From IMG/VR virus record IMGVR_UViG_3300028653_000011: a stretch of 64,000 nt of DNA; one strand, 5' to 3'. This stretch comes from a virus. Taxonomy: Duplodnaviria; Heunggongvirae; Uroviricota; Caudoviricetes. Position 1 is the stretch's first letter, and each line of letters begins with the position of its first letter. A program made the position numbers and the translations under genes. The notes beneath the pieces were generated by a model. The model was given only the letters and a program-made list of their open reading frames with translations. It had not been told where the DNA came from and did not search any database. Shown piece after piece: positions 29,111 through 38,214 of the stretch.

Positions 29111-29394
29111 ACTTCAAGATCGTCATGGGGGAGACCGCTCTCGGCATTGAGCACAAGTTCGTTGGGCCCGGCCTTTCACAGTACGCGAACGGGGTTCACT
29201 TTCTTCAGGTCCCAAACGCCTGGGCGCTCAAGTGCATGGAGGGAGACGAGGTACTCTCGTGCGAAGAGAAGATTGATCACAGCTTTGGTAAGCGCCAAGC
29301 TGAGACAGTCATACAGTTACTCGAACAGGCGTTTGAAGCCGGGAAGACCGAAGCCAAACGGGAACTGCGCGCCATGTTGGGCATTCACCAGTGA
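29107..29394 (+). CDS. Hypothetical protein
   Basis: Coupled ORF. Confidence 0.5.
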   Translation: MNFKIVMGETALGIEHKFVGPGLSQYANGVHFLQVPNAWALKCMEGDEVLSCEEKIDHSFGKRQAETVIQLLEQAFEAGKTEAKRELRAMLGIHQ

Positions 29395-30281
29395 GGGTTG
29401 AGACCTTCACCGACGGCTACGCCATCTGCGCTGACTGCACCACAGTCGAGACCGTCAACGCAGTCCGTGAACTGACGGGTGCGATCCCATTAATCATTGC
29501 GGATCCGCCTTACGGGCACATCCTATCAGACGCTTGGGACAACCCGATCGAACTCTCCAACGCCAGCGAGTTCGCGCAGTGGATGTTGGAGTGGACATAC
29601 AAGTGGTCACAATTGTTGCTGCCCAACGCAGCTTTTTACGTCTGGGGGGGAACGGGGAAACCTGACTTCAGGCCCTTCTTTCGCTACATCATCAAGGTTG
29701 AGGATCAGTTTACTGGCACGGGTGATCCACGTAGTGCAGTCGGCCTGAAACTCGCCAATCTGATCACCTGGTCGAAAAAGCGGGCCTACGGCGTCAAGCA
29801 CAACTACTTGTTCACACGTGAAGAGCTGGCTTACTTCATCAAGGGTGATGACATCAAGAAACCTCGTTGTTTTAACATCCCATTGCTCGAGACATTGCGT
29901 GGGTACAAAGGCTATAACAAAAAATACCCGGCAAAATCTGATTTTTACCGTCGCACCAACGTGTGGACTGACATCACCGAAGTCATGCGCGGCAAGGTGC
30001 ACTCGGCGCAGAAGGCCCAACGTGTCATCGAGATCCCGATCGAGGTGCACACGCAGCCCGGTGAGTACGTCATTGACCCATTCGCGGGTTCGGGCACCAC
30101 GGCCCTGGCCGCCCGCAAGTTGGGCCGCAAGTTCGTCGTCATCGAGAACGATGAAAAGACGTTCGATGAGATGGTCGCTAGACTACACGAAAGTGCCATT
30201 GTAAACGGGCACGGCCCAAGTGTAGAGTCTGACCATGGACACCAAGCAGCCACTGATCGGTCAGACACCGACGTCGACTGA
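29391..30281 (+). CDS. DNA N6-adenine/N4-cytosine methyltransferase (beta class)
   Basis: IADPPY ... HSAQK ... DPFAGSGTT. Confidence 0.9.
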   Translation: MRVETFTDGYAICADCTTVETVNAVRELTGAIPLIIADPPYGHILSDAWDNPIELSNASEFAQWMLEWTYKWSQLLLPNAAFYVWGGTGKPDFRPFFRYIIKVEDQFTGTGDPRSAVGLKLANLITWSKKRAYGVKHNYLFTREELAYFIKGDDIKKPRCFNIPLLETLRGYKGYNKKYPAKSDFYRRTNVWTDITEVMRGKVHSAQKAQRVIEIPIEVHTQPGEYVIDPFAGSGTTALAARKLGRKFVVIENDEKTFDEMVARLHESAIVNGHGPSVESDHGHQAATDRSDTDVD

Positions 30282-30561
30282 ACCCGTACGCGAGGATCCC
30301 GCCACGTTGCAGCGGCAGATTGCGTACTACACTCACGTACAGCGCTGTGCGTCAATTCGCCGTGAACGTGCCGAGGAGCTGATGCAGCGTCCCGTCGCCA
30401 AGTCTTGGGACGCGGCCAAGAAGGCCAAGATGGTGCGCAAGTTGATGGCGTCGAAGCAGGAGTTCGATCAGTCGGTCAGCGCGCTCGACCAGCTCAACTT
30501 CAGGTTGCAGCAGGTCACCAACGGGCAGGGCACTTCGGGACCTGTCACCAACACGCCATGA
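30235..30561 (+). CDS. Hypothetical coiled-coil protein
   Basis: TAGAGT -10 element 6 nt upstream. Confidence 0.5.
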   Translation: MDTKQPLIGQTPTSTEPVREDPATLQRQIAYYTHVQRCASIRRERAEELMQRPVAKSWDAAKKAKMVRKLMASKQEFDQSVSALDQLNFRLQQVTNGQGTSGPVTNTP

Positions 30562-31334
30562 ATACCATTCACCAAGCCACTGCGTTGTCGGTGCTGAAGG
30601 CGACGCCTGACAACAGCGTCGATCTTGTGTACTCCGATCCGCCTTTTGGCACCGGCGTTGTGCAGTCGTCTCACGGTATGGCATACAACGACGTCACACT
30701 GGAGTACGGCGCCTTCTTGAGCCAGCACCTCGTTGAATTTCACCGCGTCCTGAAACCCACGGGTACCCTGTACCTGCACCTCGACTGGCGACACGTGCAC
30801 ATCGCTCGTCTCGACTGCGATCAGATCTTCGGTACAGACAACTTTCTCAACGAGATTATCTGGAGCTACAATTTTGGGGGCCGTGGCAAGACGACATGGG
30901 CACGTAAGCATGATAACATTCTCGTCTATGCCAAGCACGCTGGTCAGCACGTCTTCAACTACGATGACATTGACCGCGTGCCCTACAAAGCTCCCGACAT
31001 GCAGCGAGTGGGCAGGACACCTGAAGACGCTGAGGCTCGCATCGCACGTGGGCAGGTGCCGACCGACGTTTGGGAGATGAGCATCATCGGGACGAACGCC
31101 AAGGAACGCACGGGGTATCCCACACAAAAGCCCCTAAAGCTCGTCGAACGCATCATCACCGCCAGCTCGCCACCCGGGGGTCTGGTCATGGACGTCTTCG
31201 CGGGTTCTGGCACCACAGGCGAAGCCGCACACAAGCACGGCCGTTCGTTCGTCCTTGCCGACACCAACCCACAGGCGATTGAAGTGATGCAGCGACGATT
31301 GAAGGACGTGCCCACTGATTGGAGATTACCGTGA
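30558..31334 (+). CDS. DNA N6-adenine/N4-cytosine methyltransferase (beta class)
   Basis: YSDPPF, NEIIWSY, YPTQKP, DVFAGSGTT; true start ATG 30558. Confidence 0.9.
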   Translation: MNTIHQATALSVLKATPDNSVDLVYSDPPFGTGVVQSSHGMAYNDVTLEYGAFLSQHLVEFHRVLKPTGTLYLHLDWRHVHIARLDCDQIFGTDNFLNEIIWSYNFGGRGKTTWARKHDNILVYAKHAGQHVFNYDDIDRVPYKAPDMQRVGRTPEDAEARIARGQVPTDVWEMSIIGTNAKERTGYPTQKPLKLVERIITASSPPGGLVMDVFAGSGTTGEAAHKHGRSFVLADTNPQAIEVMQRRLKDVPTDWRLP

Positions 31335-32275
31335 CCGACGTCGTGAACTTCAATGAAGTCAAGCTGAACAAGCCCCTGTTGACGATGCTGCACGAAGGCC
31401 AGCTCTTCAACCGTGGCACGTTGGAACTGCTTGGGCTCGTCTTCGAGCACGGTGGCTACATCGCTGGCGGTTTTGCGGCGTTGGTCGCCCGCCACGTGGT
31501 CATGTGCACACCAGCGGCAGACTTTTACCGTGATGTCGTCAATCACACGGGAGGCCCGATCAAGGTCGCTGGGTGGTCGCATGCGTTTCGTCGCCACGGT
31601 GACATCGACGTCTTCTTCTCGTCACAGCAACAACTCGACGGCTTTCTCAACGATCCACGTCGGTCGATCGTCGACTTGAACGTCACGCCGACGGTGACGG
31701 GCGCTGGGTTGGATCACATCGTCGATGGAGATGTCAAGGTGCAGGTCATCACCCGGTGGGCGAGGCCGATGAAGGAGCACATGACCAGCTTTGACATCTA
31801 CAACTCCATGGCGGGCGTGACGAATGAAGTGTTGGTGATGGCGGAGCAGTGGGAAGCGCTCGAGCGAGCCATGATGCTGCACGTGACGACGTGGGCCGGG
31901 CCGTGGACAGTCGGCCGTGTCTTCAAGTATGTCAACACTAAGGGCTACAGTACACTGACACCGTTGACTGCGGCTTACCTACACAGTGAGGTGTGCAAGA
32001 CGCTGGAGCAGGTCAAGTCGGTGCGCTTTGAGATCGAACACGCTCGCATGGTGACTCGCAAGGCTCCTCCCGCTCACCTCCACCTCGAATTGCAGCGTAA
32101 CACACTGTTGAGGTACATGGTCGGGTGTAGAGAGGGTAGGAAGCAGTGGGTGTTGAAGCCCCTGCTGGCCAGTTTCACTGCAGAGCAATTGCTGACGTTG
32201 TCGGCGCTGTGTGGGACGGAACCCGCGTACGACTACGCCATGAAGGAAATTCACAGGCGCATGCCCGTCGGGTGA
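31319..32275 (+). CDS. Nucleotidyltransferase-like protein
   Basis: IAGGFAA...R...GDIDVFF resembles a poly(A)-polymerase head motif. Confidence 0.5.
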   Translation: MEITVTDVVNFNEVKLNKPLLTMLHEGQLFNRGTLELLGLVFEHGGYIAGGFAALVARHVVMCTPAADFYRDVVNHTGGPIKVAGWSHAFRRHGDIDVFFSSQQQLDGFLNDPRRSIVDLNVTPTVTGAGLDHIVDGDVKVQVITRWARPMKEHMTSFDIYNSMAGVTNEVLVMAEQWEALERAMMLHVTTWAGPWTVGRVFKYVNTKGYSTLTPLTAAYLHSEVCKTLEQVKSVRFEIEHARMVTRKAPPAHLHLELQRNTLLRYMVGCREGRKQWVLKPLLASFTAEQLLTLSALCGTEPAYDYAMKEIHRRMPVG

Positions 32276-32320
32276 GGTGTGATGCATAAGATGCATCAGC
32301 ACTGCCTAGTTATCGCTGAC

Positions 32321-33271
32321 ATGTACCTCGCGCCCAAGCGGCTTCGACCCGGAGCCCGCGTTGCCATCATCGCCCCTGCTTCACCCTTTCGCCCTGAAGA
32401 GCTGGTGGTGGGCCTCGACGTCGTCCGCGAGTGTGGCCTTGAGCCCGTGCTGGGCCCCAACGTCAGGTCACTGCGGACGGTTGACATCCACGCCGCACCG
32501 CTGGTCGACCGCGCTGAAGAACTGATGTGGGCCTTCACCGACCCGACGATCAGCGGTGTCATCTGTGCGTTGGGTGGCTACGGCAGCGCCGAGACGTTGC
32601 CCTACCTCGACTTTGACAAGATCAGGGCCTCAAGGCGCCCGCTGCTAGGCCTGAGCGACATCTCGGCCCTCAACAATGGCCTGTTGACGGGCGCGGGCCT
32701 CATCAGCATCAATGGCCAGTACCCGGCGATCAGGCTCGACAAGGGTGAGCGCATCAAGAAGCTCGACTGTGAGTCGCTGAAGTTTGGCTTGGAATTGATG
32801 ATGAGCGACCAGCCGTGGGACGTACGTCCCTTTGCAGTCAACCAGTTCCTGCCCCGGACGGTGTCGCCCGGGCGGGCCAGCGGCCACGTCATCGGCATGA
32901 ACTTGGAGACGTTCTGTTGCTTGCTGGGCACCCCCTTCTTTCCCGACGCCCAGGATGCTATTCTGTTCATTGAGGACGTGCGCAAGGACGGCGAAAAAGT
33001 GGCCCGCATGTTTAGCCAACTGCGCCTCGCTGGCGTCCTTGACAAGGTGGCTGGCATCGTCGTCGGTGAGTTTGCCGAGGTGCCGACGAAGTTGGAACCC
33101 GACGTGCCGTCGATCGAGGACGTCATCCTGCAGTACCTGTCGAACGGGCCCCCGTGTATGTATGGGGCATCCTTCTCTCACGGCGATTGGACAATTCCCG
33201 TCCCGGTGGGAGCACAGTGTACGATGGATGCAGATACGGGTGAAGTGTCCTTTGACTTCTCGATGGCCTGA
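32321..33271 (+). CDS. S66 peptidase (LD-carboxypeptidase LdcA / MccF family)
   Basis: PKRLRPGARVAIIAPAS, GGYG, GLSDIS (Ser), LFIED (Glu), FSHG (His); TAGTTA at 32307-32312. Confidence 0.9.
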   Translation: MYLAPKRLRPGARVAIIAPASPFRPEELVVGLDVVRECGLEPVLGPNVRSLRTVDIHAAPLVDRAEELMWAFTDPTISGVICALGGYGSAETLPYLDFDKIRASRRPLLGLSDISALNNGLLTGAGLISINGQYPAIRLDKGERIKKLDCESLKFGLELMMSDQPWDVRPFAVNQFLPRTVSPGRASGHVIGMNLETFCCLLGTPFFPDAQDAILFIEDVRKDGEKVARMFSQLRLAGVLDKVAGIVVGEFAEVPTKLEPDVPSIEDVILQYLSNGPPCMYGASFSHGDWTIPVPVGAQCTMDADTGEVSFDFSMA

Positions 33272-33296
33272 ACACCCCCGCGTTCCGCATTAGGAT
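33268..33296 (+). promoter_or_regulatory. Promoter CTGAAC-N17-TAGGAT
   Basis: Direct motif match; about 100 nt of leader before the HNH gene. Confidence 0.6.
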
Positions 33297-33397
33297 TGGA
33301 CTGTGATCTTGTCAGTCGAATTTTTGAGTGTGGTGCCGTGGGCTGTGCAAGCGTGTGCGGTGTAAGTATAGGATGAACTCTGACGAAGGATGATCCC

Positions 33398-33955
33398 GTG
33401 AAGCGCGCCCTGCTCCTCAATGCCGATTACACACCCCTCCATTTCATCAGCGATTGGCGTGCCATTCGCCTGGTGATGCTCTCTCGCGCCGAGATCGTCA
33501 TTGACTTTCAGACGGGTCTGCCGTCGGTGTGGGATGACGAGGCCTTCACTTCGCCCGGATTGATGCCCACTGATCCACTGCGATCGGTCGCCATCCCGGC
33601 GACGTTGCGGATGTACCGCAAGATCCACAAGAAGTGGAAGCCACCGCGTTTTCGCAGCCAAGTGTTGTTCAACCGTGATGATTGGACGTGCCAGTATTGC
33701 GGCACCAAGTTGTCGTGGAAGACGGTCGAGATCGAGCACGTGGTGCCGTTGTCACGTGGTGGGCCGACGACGTGGCTCAACTGCGTGTCTGCGTGCAGGG
33801 ACTGCAACAAGCGCAAGGGCAACAGGACGCCCGACGAAGTGGGCATGAAGCTGTTGAAGAAGCCCGCCAGTCCGACGGCACTGCACTTCTGGGACGCCGC
33901 CAAGACCGATTGTTACCACCCGTCGTGGGATACATTCCTCCCGAAGGAACGCTGA
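33398..33955 (+). CDS. HNH endonuclease
   Basis: LLLNADYTPL, RDDWTCQYCG, EHVVPLSRGG, WLNCVSACRDCNKRKG. Confidence 0.9.
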   Translation: MKRALLLNADYTPLHFISDWRAIRLVMLSRAEIVIDFQTGLPSVWDDEAFTSPGLMPTDPLRSVAIPATLRMYRKIHKKWKPPRFRSQVLFNRDDWTCQYCGTKLSWKTVEIEHVVPLSRGGPTTWLNCVSACRDCNKRKGNRTPDEVGMKLLKKPASPTALHFWDAAKTDCYHPSWDTFLPKER

Positions 33956-33996
33956 CCGACGCGTCGCTGATACTTATCGCTCAGGAGCCTGTGCGC

Positions 33997-35178
33997 ATGC
34001 GATTGAACCTGACTGAGTTGCAGCGAGTCGTGGAGCGAACAATTGACGAAGAGAGGGCCGTTGATGCCCTGAAGGGTGAAATCCGCCGCGTCTTGGGCCC
34101 GGTCGTCATCACTGAGGGTCGGCTAGAACACGTCGTGGCCGAGGCCAATGATCGCCTCGACGTCCTGCACCGCACGGGCCGCGACGGGCAACTTGACTTT
34201 CTCTCCAACATCACCACGACCTTCATCGACCACAAGCACCCCGAGGTTCGACGCTTTGCGGCGCGCATCATCCCGGAACGTTTCTTGCCCAAGATGGTGA
34301 CCGACAAGGACGCCGCCGTCCGCGCCGCCGTCGCCATGCGGGTGCCCATGCCCGCGGTTCGCGAGATGATGAAGCGCTTCAAGCACGACGACCAACTACG
34401 TGCCATCTATCGCCAACGCAAGCAGGCGCTGCACGAGGCGGGCATCAGCCCACCCAAGGCAGAACCCCTGGGCCATGACCCTGTCGACGGTGCAGAGCGA
34501 ATGGGCGACGTGGCCCGGACGGCCGAAGGCCCCGAATTGAGCGATGCATGGTACGACGAACAGGCCCGCCTCTTCATTCACGACTACGCTCGAGCCGAGG
34601 CCAATGATCAGCATGCCCGGTTGCTCGATCGGGGGTGGGCATCGCTCGTCGTCCGCCGCTTCTGTGCCAGCACCAAGGCGACGGCGCACGTTGAGATCGA
34701 TGCAGAGAAGTTGCTGAAGCACGTCAACGACCTGATGGAAGAGAAGGACGATCGGACGCTGGAACGCGACGCGATGAAGGAGACCCTGGCGTGGTTGGGT
34801 GCGCAGGACATCAATGAGTCGGCACTGCCTGAATTCCACGAGATCATCGATCCCGTCCGTGCACTGCTGGAGGCCAACCTGTCGCAGGAACAGTACGTCG
34901 CCGAGGCGCTGAAGCTGTTCAACGTCAAGCGGTCGGAGCTGCCCAAGGGCATCCGCAAGTACTGCCTGGGTGAGGCCAACCTGCGGGTGACGTTGGTGCC
35001 GTGCCTGGGTAGCCTGCCGCACCAGCACGGTTTCCGCGCCGTCGACGAGCGTGCCCTCGACAAGTTCTGTGAGTCGTGGAACGACGGCCAAGCGCTGGTC
35101 GGCGAGCCCTTCGTCCTCAACTGGGGACCTCACCAGGGCGATGCATCGAAGGTCAACTTTACCGTCACCCTGAAGTAA
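33997..35178 (+). CDS. Leader-motif protein with HEAT-like repeat (putative virion protein)
   Basis: MRLNLTELQRVVE; HPEVRRFAAR, DKDAAVRAAVA; TACTTA motif upstream. Confidence 0.6.
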   Translation: MRLNLTELQRVVERTIDEERAVDALKGEIRRVLGPVVITEGRLEHVVAEANDRLDVLHRTGRDGQLDFLSNITTTFIDHKHPEVRRFAARIIPERFLPKMVTDKDAAVRAAVAMRVPMPAVREMMKRFKHDDQLRAIYRQRKQALHEAGISPPKAEPLGHDPVDGAERMGDVARTAEGPELSDAWYDEQARLFIHDYARAEANDQHARLLDRGWASLVVRRFCASTKATAHVEIDAEKLLKHVNDLMEEKDDRTLERDAMKETLAWLGAQDINESALPEFHEIIDPVRALLEANLSQEQYVAEALKLFNVKRSELPKGIRKYCLGEANLRVTLVPCLGSLPHQHGFRAVDERALDKFCESWNDGQALVGEPFVLNWGPHQGDASKVNFTVTLK

Positions 35179-35187
35179 GATCTTGAG

Positions 35188-35670
35188 ATGCAGACGACGC
35201 TCGGCAAGCTGAAGTACGTGATCAGCGAGGTGCTTGAGGCCAACCAGGTGCTCAATCGCCTGCGTGCCGTTGCTGCTGGCAAGAAGCCCTACATGGTGGG
35301 CCAGTGGGCGACGGTGCCCCGAGATTATTCACAGCCCAGCGTGGGCGTCGCTAGTTGTTGGGTTGCCGAAGACCCCGAGTTGGGCAAGGTGTACCTGACG
35401 TTTAGCTCACACATCACCTACAAGAAGGTCAAGAACAGTCGCCTGCGCGATCCCGGCGGCACCCGCTATGCCTACACCGCGATCCTGTCGTCGCACCCGT
35501 GGGAGACGTTTGAGAACCACGGCAATGTGCCTGTCTTCAAGCTGGCGGCGACGGGTGAAGGCCGCGAGGACGACAAAGCACTGCAGGCGCGCAAGCAGAT
35601 GGTGAAGCTGTTCGGCGTCGACCCGATGGCCCACAGGGGCCCACTTGAACCGACGGAGACACGAAGATGA
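35188..35670 (+). CDS. Leader-motif protein
   Basis: MQTTLGKLKYVISE. Confidence 0.6.
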   Translation: MQTTLGKLKYVISEVLEANQVLNRLRAVAAGKKPYMVGQWATVPRDYSQPSVGVASCWVAEDPELGKVYLTFSSHITYKKVKNSRLRDPGGTRYAYTAILSSHPWETFENHGNVPVFKLAATGEGREDDKALQARKQMVKLFGVDPMAHRGPLEPTETRR

Positions 35671-36002
35671 AGACGACAATCAGCAAGCTGAAGCAGTTGA
35701 TCAACGAGCACCTGTTGGTCGAGGTACCCGTTGGATCCGGCATGCGCAAGCCGCAGTTCGGCCTGTCGTCGGGAGGCGGTGGTCTCAGGCCCGCCAAGTT
35801 CGATCCTGCAGTGCACGATCTCAAGGACGTCATGTGGGCCGTCATGGACGAGTTTGCGGGCGTTGCCTCTGACCTCGGTGTCGACGACATCAAGGATCCC
35901 GCCTTCATCGGTTACATCGGCGATCAGTTGACTGATAAGGGTGTGCCCAACGACATCATCCTGCAGGTCAAGGCCAAGCTGCAACGCGGGCAGTCGCGTT
36001 AG
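35667..36002 (+). CDS. Leader-motif protein
   Basis: MKTTISKLKQLINE. Confidence 0.6.
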   Translation: MKTTISKLKQLINEHLLVEVPVGSGMRKPQFGLSSGGGGLRPAKFDPAVHDLKDVMWAVMDEFAGVASDLGVDDIKDPAFIGYIGDQLTDKGVPNDIILQVKAKLQRGQSR

Positions 36003-36004
36003 GG

Positions 36005-36033
36005 TTGAACATCACGTGCAGTGTGTGTAAGAT
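36005..36033 (+). promoter_or_regulatory. Promoter TTGAAC-N17-TAAGAT
   Basis: Direct motif match. Confidence 0.7.
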
Positions 36034-36056
36034 CATGAACGTGGGGAGGGCAGCAC

Positions 36057-36392
36057 ATGATCAATGAATTGTCACAGGCGAGGTTGTCGCCCGAGAGTGA
36101 TGCGTACAAGCGCGTCTATGACCTGCTCGAGGAACACACAGTCTCGTGGGTGACTGACGCGTGGAAGAAGAACCCCACGCTCGATGCCATTCAACAGCAA
36201 CCGCTGTACAAAGTGACGCTTGAACAGGTGTTGAATGCGCCCAACGGGCGTAGTCTAAATCCACAAAAAGTACGTGCTCACCTGGCGCTTCGTGATCAAT
36301 TCGTGGTGTTGGCAGTCAATGGTGTTGAGGTTTGCGTGTTCGGTGAAGTTGCTGATCAGATCTTCAATGCGTTGGCCGAACATGCGACCTGA
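36057..36392 (+). CDS. Hypothetical protein
   Basis: SD GGAGG upstream. Confidence 0.55.
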   Translation: MINELSQARLSPESDAYKRVYDLLEEHTVSWVTDAWKKNPTLDAIQQQPLYKVTLEQVLNAPNGRSLNPQKVRAHLALRDQFVVLAVNGVEVCVFGEVADQIFNALAEHAT

Positions 36393-36585
36393 TCTTGGTG
36401 ACATTATTCGGTACAAGTTGGGAATGACAAAGGTGAACGGAGAGTGGGTCGAAGAGCTTAGTGATGATTTTGGAACTGTTATTTCGGTTAGCGATAATGA
36501 CATCGGAGTGTTTTGGAGCGTTACTCAACGCATTGAACATCACTCTCCGGGTGATCTAGTTGTAGTCGTTCGACGATCCAAGTGA
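36382..36585 (+). CDS. Small SH3/KOW-like hypothetical protein
   Basis: MRPDLGDIIRY...FGTVI. Confidence 0.45.
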   Translation: MRPDLGDIIRYKLGMTKVNGEWVEELSDDFGTVISVSDNDIGVFWSVTQRIEHHSPGDLVVVVRRSK

Positions 36586-36591
36586 AGTGCG

Positions 36592-36873
36592 TTAGTTGAA
36601 GCGATCGACGACGTTGCCGTCCCGGTCGACGACCAGCCCCGCCTTGTCGAGTGCCAGCCCGATGGCGTGCTCGCTCGCACCCAGCCAGCTGACCAGCTCA
36701 TCGAACGACACCTTGCCCGGTGTCACCCCCTTGGGATCCGTCTTGCGCTTGTTGCGCAGCGAGCTGACGTAGAGGTCTTCCCACGTCGTCCGCACTTCGT
36801 CGGGCGACGGCACCCGCTCGATGTCAATGCTCTCATGGATCAATGAGCGCAGGTGTTTGACTGTCGTCCGCAT
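36592..36873 (-). CDS. Leader-motif protein
   Basis: MRTTVKHLRSLIHE; ATG at 36873 overlaps the upstream stop. Confidence 0.6.
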   Translation of the reverse strand: MRTTVKHLRSLIHESIDIERVPSPDEVRTTWEDLYVSSLRNKRKTDPKGVTPGKVSFDELVSWLGASEHAIGLALDKAGLVVDRDGNVVDRFN

Positions 36874-37757
36874 CAGATCTCGCCGTGCTTCTTCATGTTC
36901 CACGCCACGGCATACGGGTTCTCGACGCCTTTCTGCTTCTTGAGGGCCTTGACGACCTTCTTGCCTCCGGGCGGCGCCACTTCGTCGACCTTCGACCGCT
37001 TGTGTTTGGGGTGAGAAGTGCCTGCGGGCATGTTCGACGTGAAGTCCTCGGCACCGTAGACGATTGACGAACTCTCGTCCGTCAACTTGGCGTCCGCCTT
37101 CGGTCGCGCACAGTCTGGGCAGGTGCAGCCGGCGGCATGGCCCGGGTGGCGTGCGGGGCCGTCGCTTTCCTTGACGGCGCGCTTGGCGCGCTTGGGTTTT
37201 TCGCCTGAGCCACCGCACTTCGGGCACTTCTTGGTGTTTCCCGGCTTGTTTGATGGAGCGAACCCACCACCGTTACACGTCGGACACACGTCTTCGTCGG
37301 GTTCGTACGTGGCAACGCCGTATTTGCCTTCGGCCATGTCGGGCGGCGTCCCCATCCGTCCGCACTGGGTGCACGTCGACTCGTCCATGCCCATCAGGCC
37401 CCCGCACGATTCGCAGGTGGGCTTGTTGATGGGTCCGGGCGTCAGGTCTTCGGCGATCGCACCAGTCGCTCGCACATCTTCTTCGCGTACCTCGATGTCC
37501 CCCGCCGCGGTCGACACCTTGTACCAGAGCTGACTGCGTTGTTTCTTGCCCCCCGGCCGGCCGGGGCCGAACATGTGTGAGGTGACCTGACCAGCAACGC
37601 GTGCACCGTTGCGCTTGACCATGACGGGTGTTCCTGGTGCGAGGATCGCCCCTCCCCCGTGTGAGTCATAACTCTCCGTGATGGGTTCACCGAACCTCTC
37701 GAGCAGTGACTTCATGATCTTGGCAACGGCGTGTTCACTGAGGGGTTGGCGAGGCAT
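36873..37757 (-). CDS. Multi-zinc-finger protein (DnaJ-type CxxCxGxG motifs)
   Basis: CESC/CTQC, CPTCNGGG/CPKCGGSG, CTCPDC; TACTTA on the minus strand at 37763-37768. Confidence 0.6.
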   Translation of the reverse strand: MPRQPLSEHAVAKIMKSLLERFGEPITESYDSHGGGAILAPGTPVMVKRNGARVAGQVTSHMFGPGRPGGKKQRSQLWYKVSTAAGDIEVREEDVRATGAIAEDLTPGPINKPTCESCGGLMGMDESTCTQCGRMGTPPDMAEGKYGVATYEPDEDVCPTCNGGGFAPSNKPGNTKKCPKCGGSGEKPKRAKRAVKESDGPARHPGHAAGCTCPDCARPKADAKLTDESSSIVYGAEDFTSNMPAGTSHPKHKRSKVDEVAPPGGKKVVKALKKQKGVENPYAVAWNMKKHGEI

Positions 37758-37798
37758 GTCGTTAAGTATTCACGTCGTGCCCATGTGGGCACGCATCT

Positions 37799-37827
37799 CT
37801 GAACACGGGCGCGGGTGATGATAGAAT
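37799..37827 (+). promoter_or_regulatory. Promoter CTGAAC-N17-TAGAAT (leaderless)
   Basis: ATG 37834 lies 6 nt after the -10 element. Confidence 0.7.
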
Positions 37828-37833
37828 TGACCC

Positions 37834-38214
37834 ATGGCAAAGCGTAAGGGTTATCGGCCCCGTCACCTGTTGGTCAAGGACTTCACCACGATCCTCTTTG
37901 CTCACGACCTGATGGGTTTGACGGGCTTGGGCTGTCCCACTGACGAGTACGAGAGCGAGGCGCTGAGCATCGTCGCCCGGATGACGGAGACACAGATGCT
38001 CGATGCGGCGTCAGGTGCGTCGGCTGAGGATGCGCTGGCAGTGACCCTCCACATCATCAGGGACGTCTTCGAACTGTGGTTCGGCACCATCGTCGACGGG
38101 GCGAAGGCCCTTGACTTGGCCCGAGTGTTATTGGCTGAGCACGTGGCATCGTACCCCGCGTCTAAGAAGAAGACGGCACCCGTGGCTGATACGAGCCCTG
38201 AATCAGGTGTATGA
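37834..38214 (+). CDS. Hypothetical protein
   Basis: DLMGL..LGCPTDEYESE motif; promoter upstream. Confidence 0.55.
   Translation: MAKRKGYRPRHLLVKDFTTILFAHDLMGLTGLGCPTDEYESEALSIVARMTETQMLDAASGASAEDALAVTLHIIRDVFELWFGTIVDGAKALDLARVLLAEHVASYPASKKKTAPVADTSPESGV

Noticed and set aside
33398-33955. HNH protein as a possible RNA-guided effector (Cas9/IscB-like)
   Set aside because: It is 185 aa with no RuvC or bridge helix and looks like an ordinary standalone HNH, 20 kb from the array.
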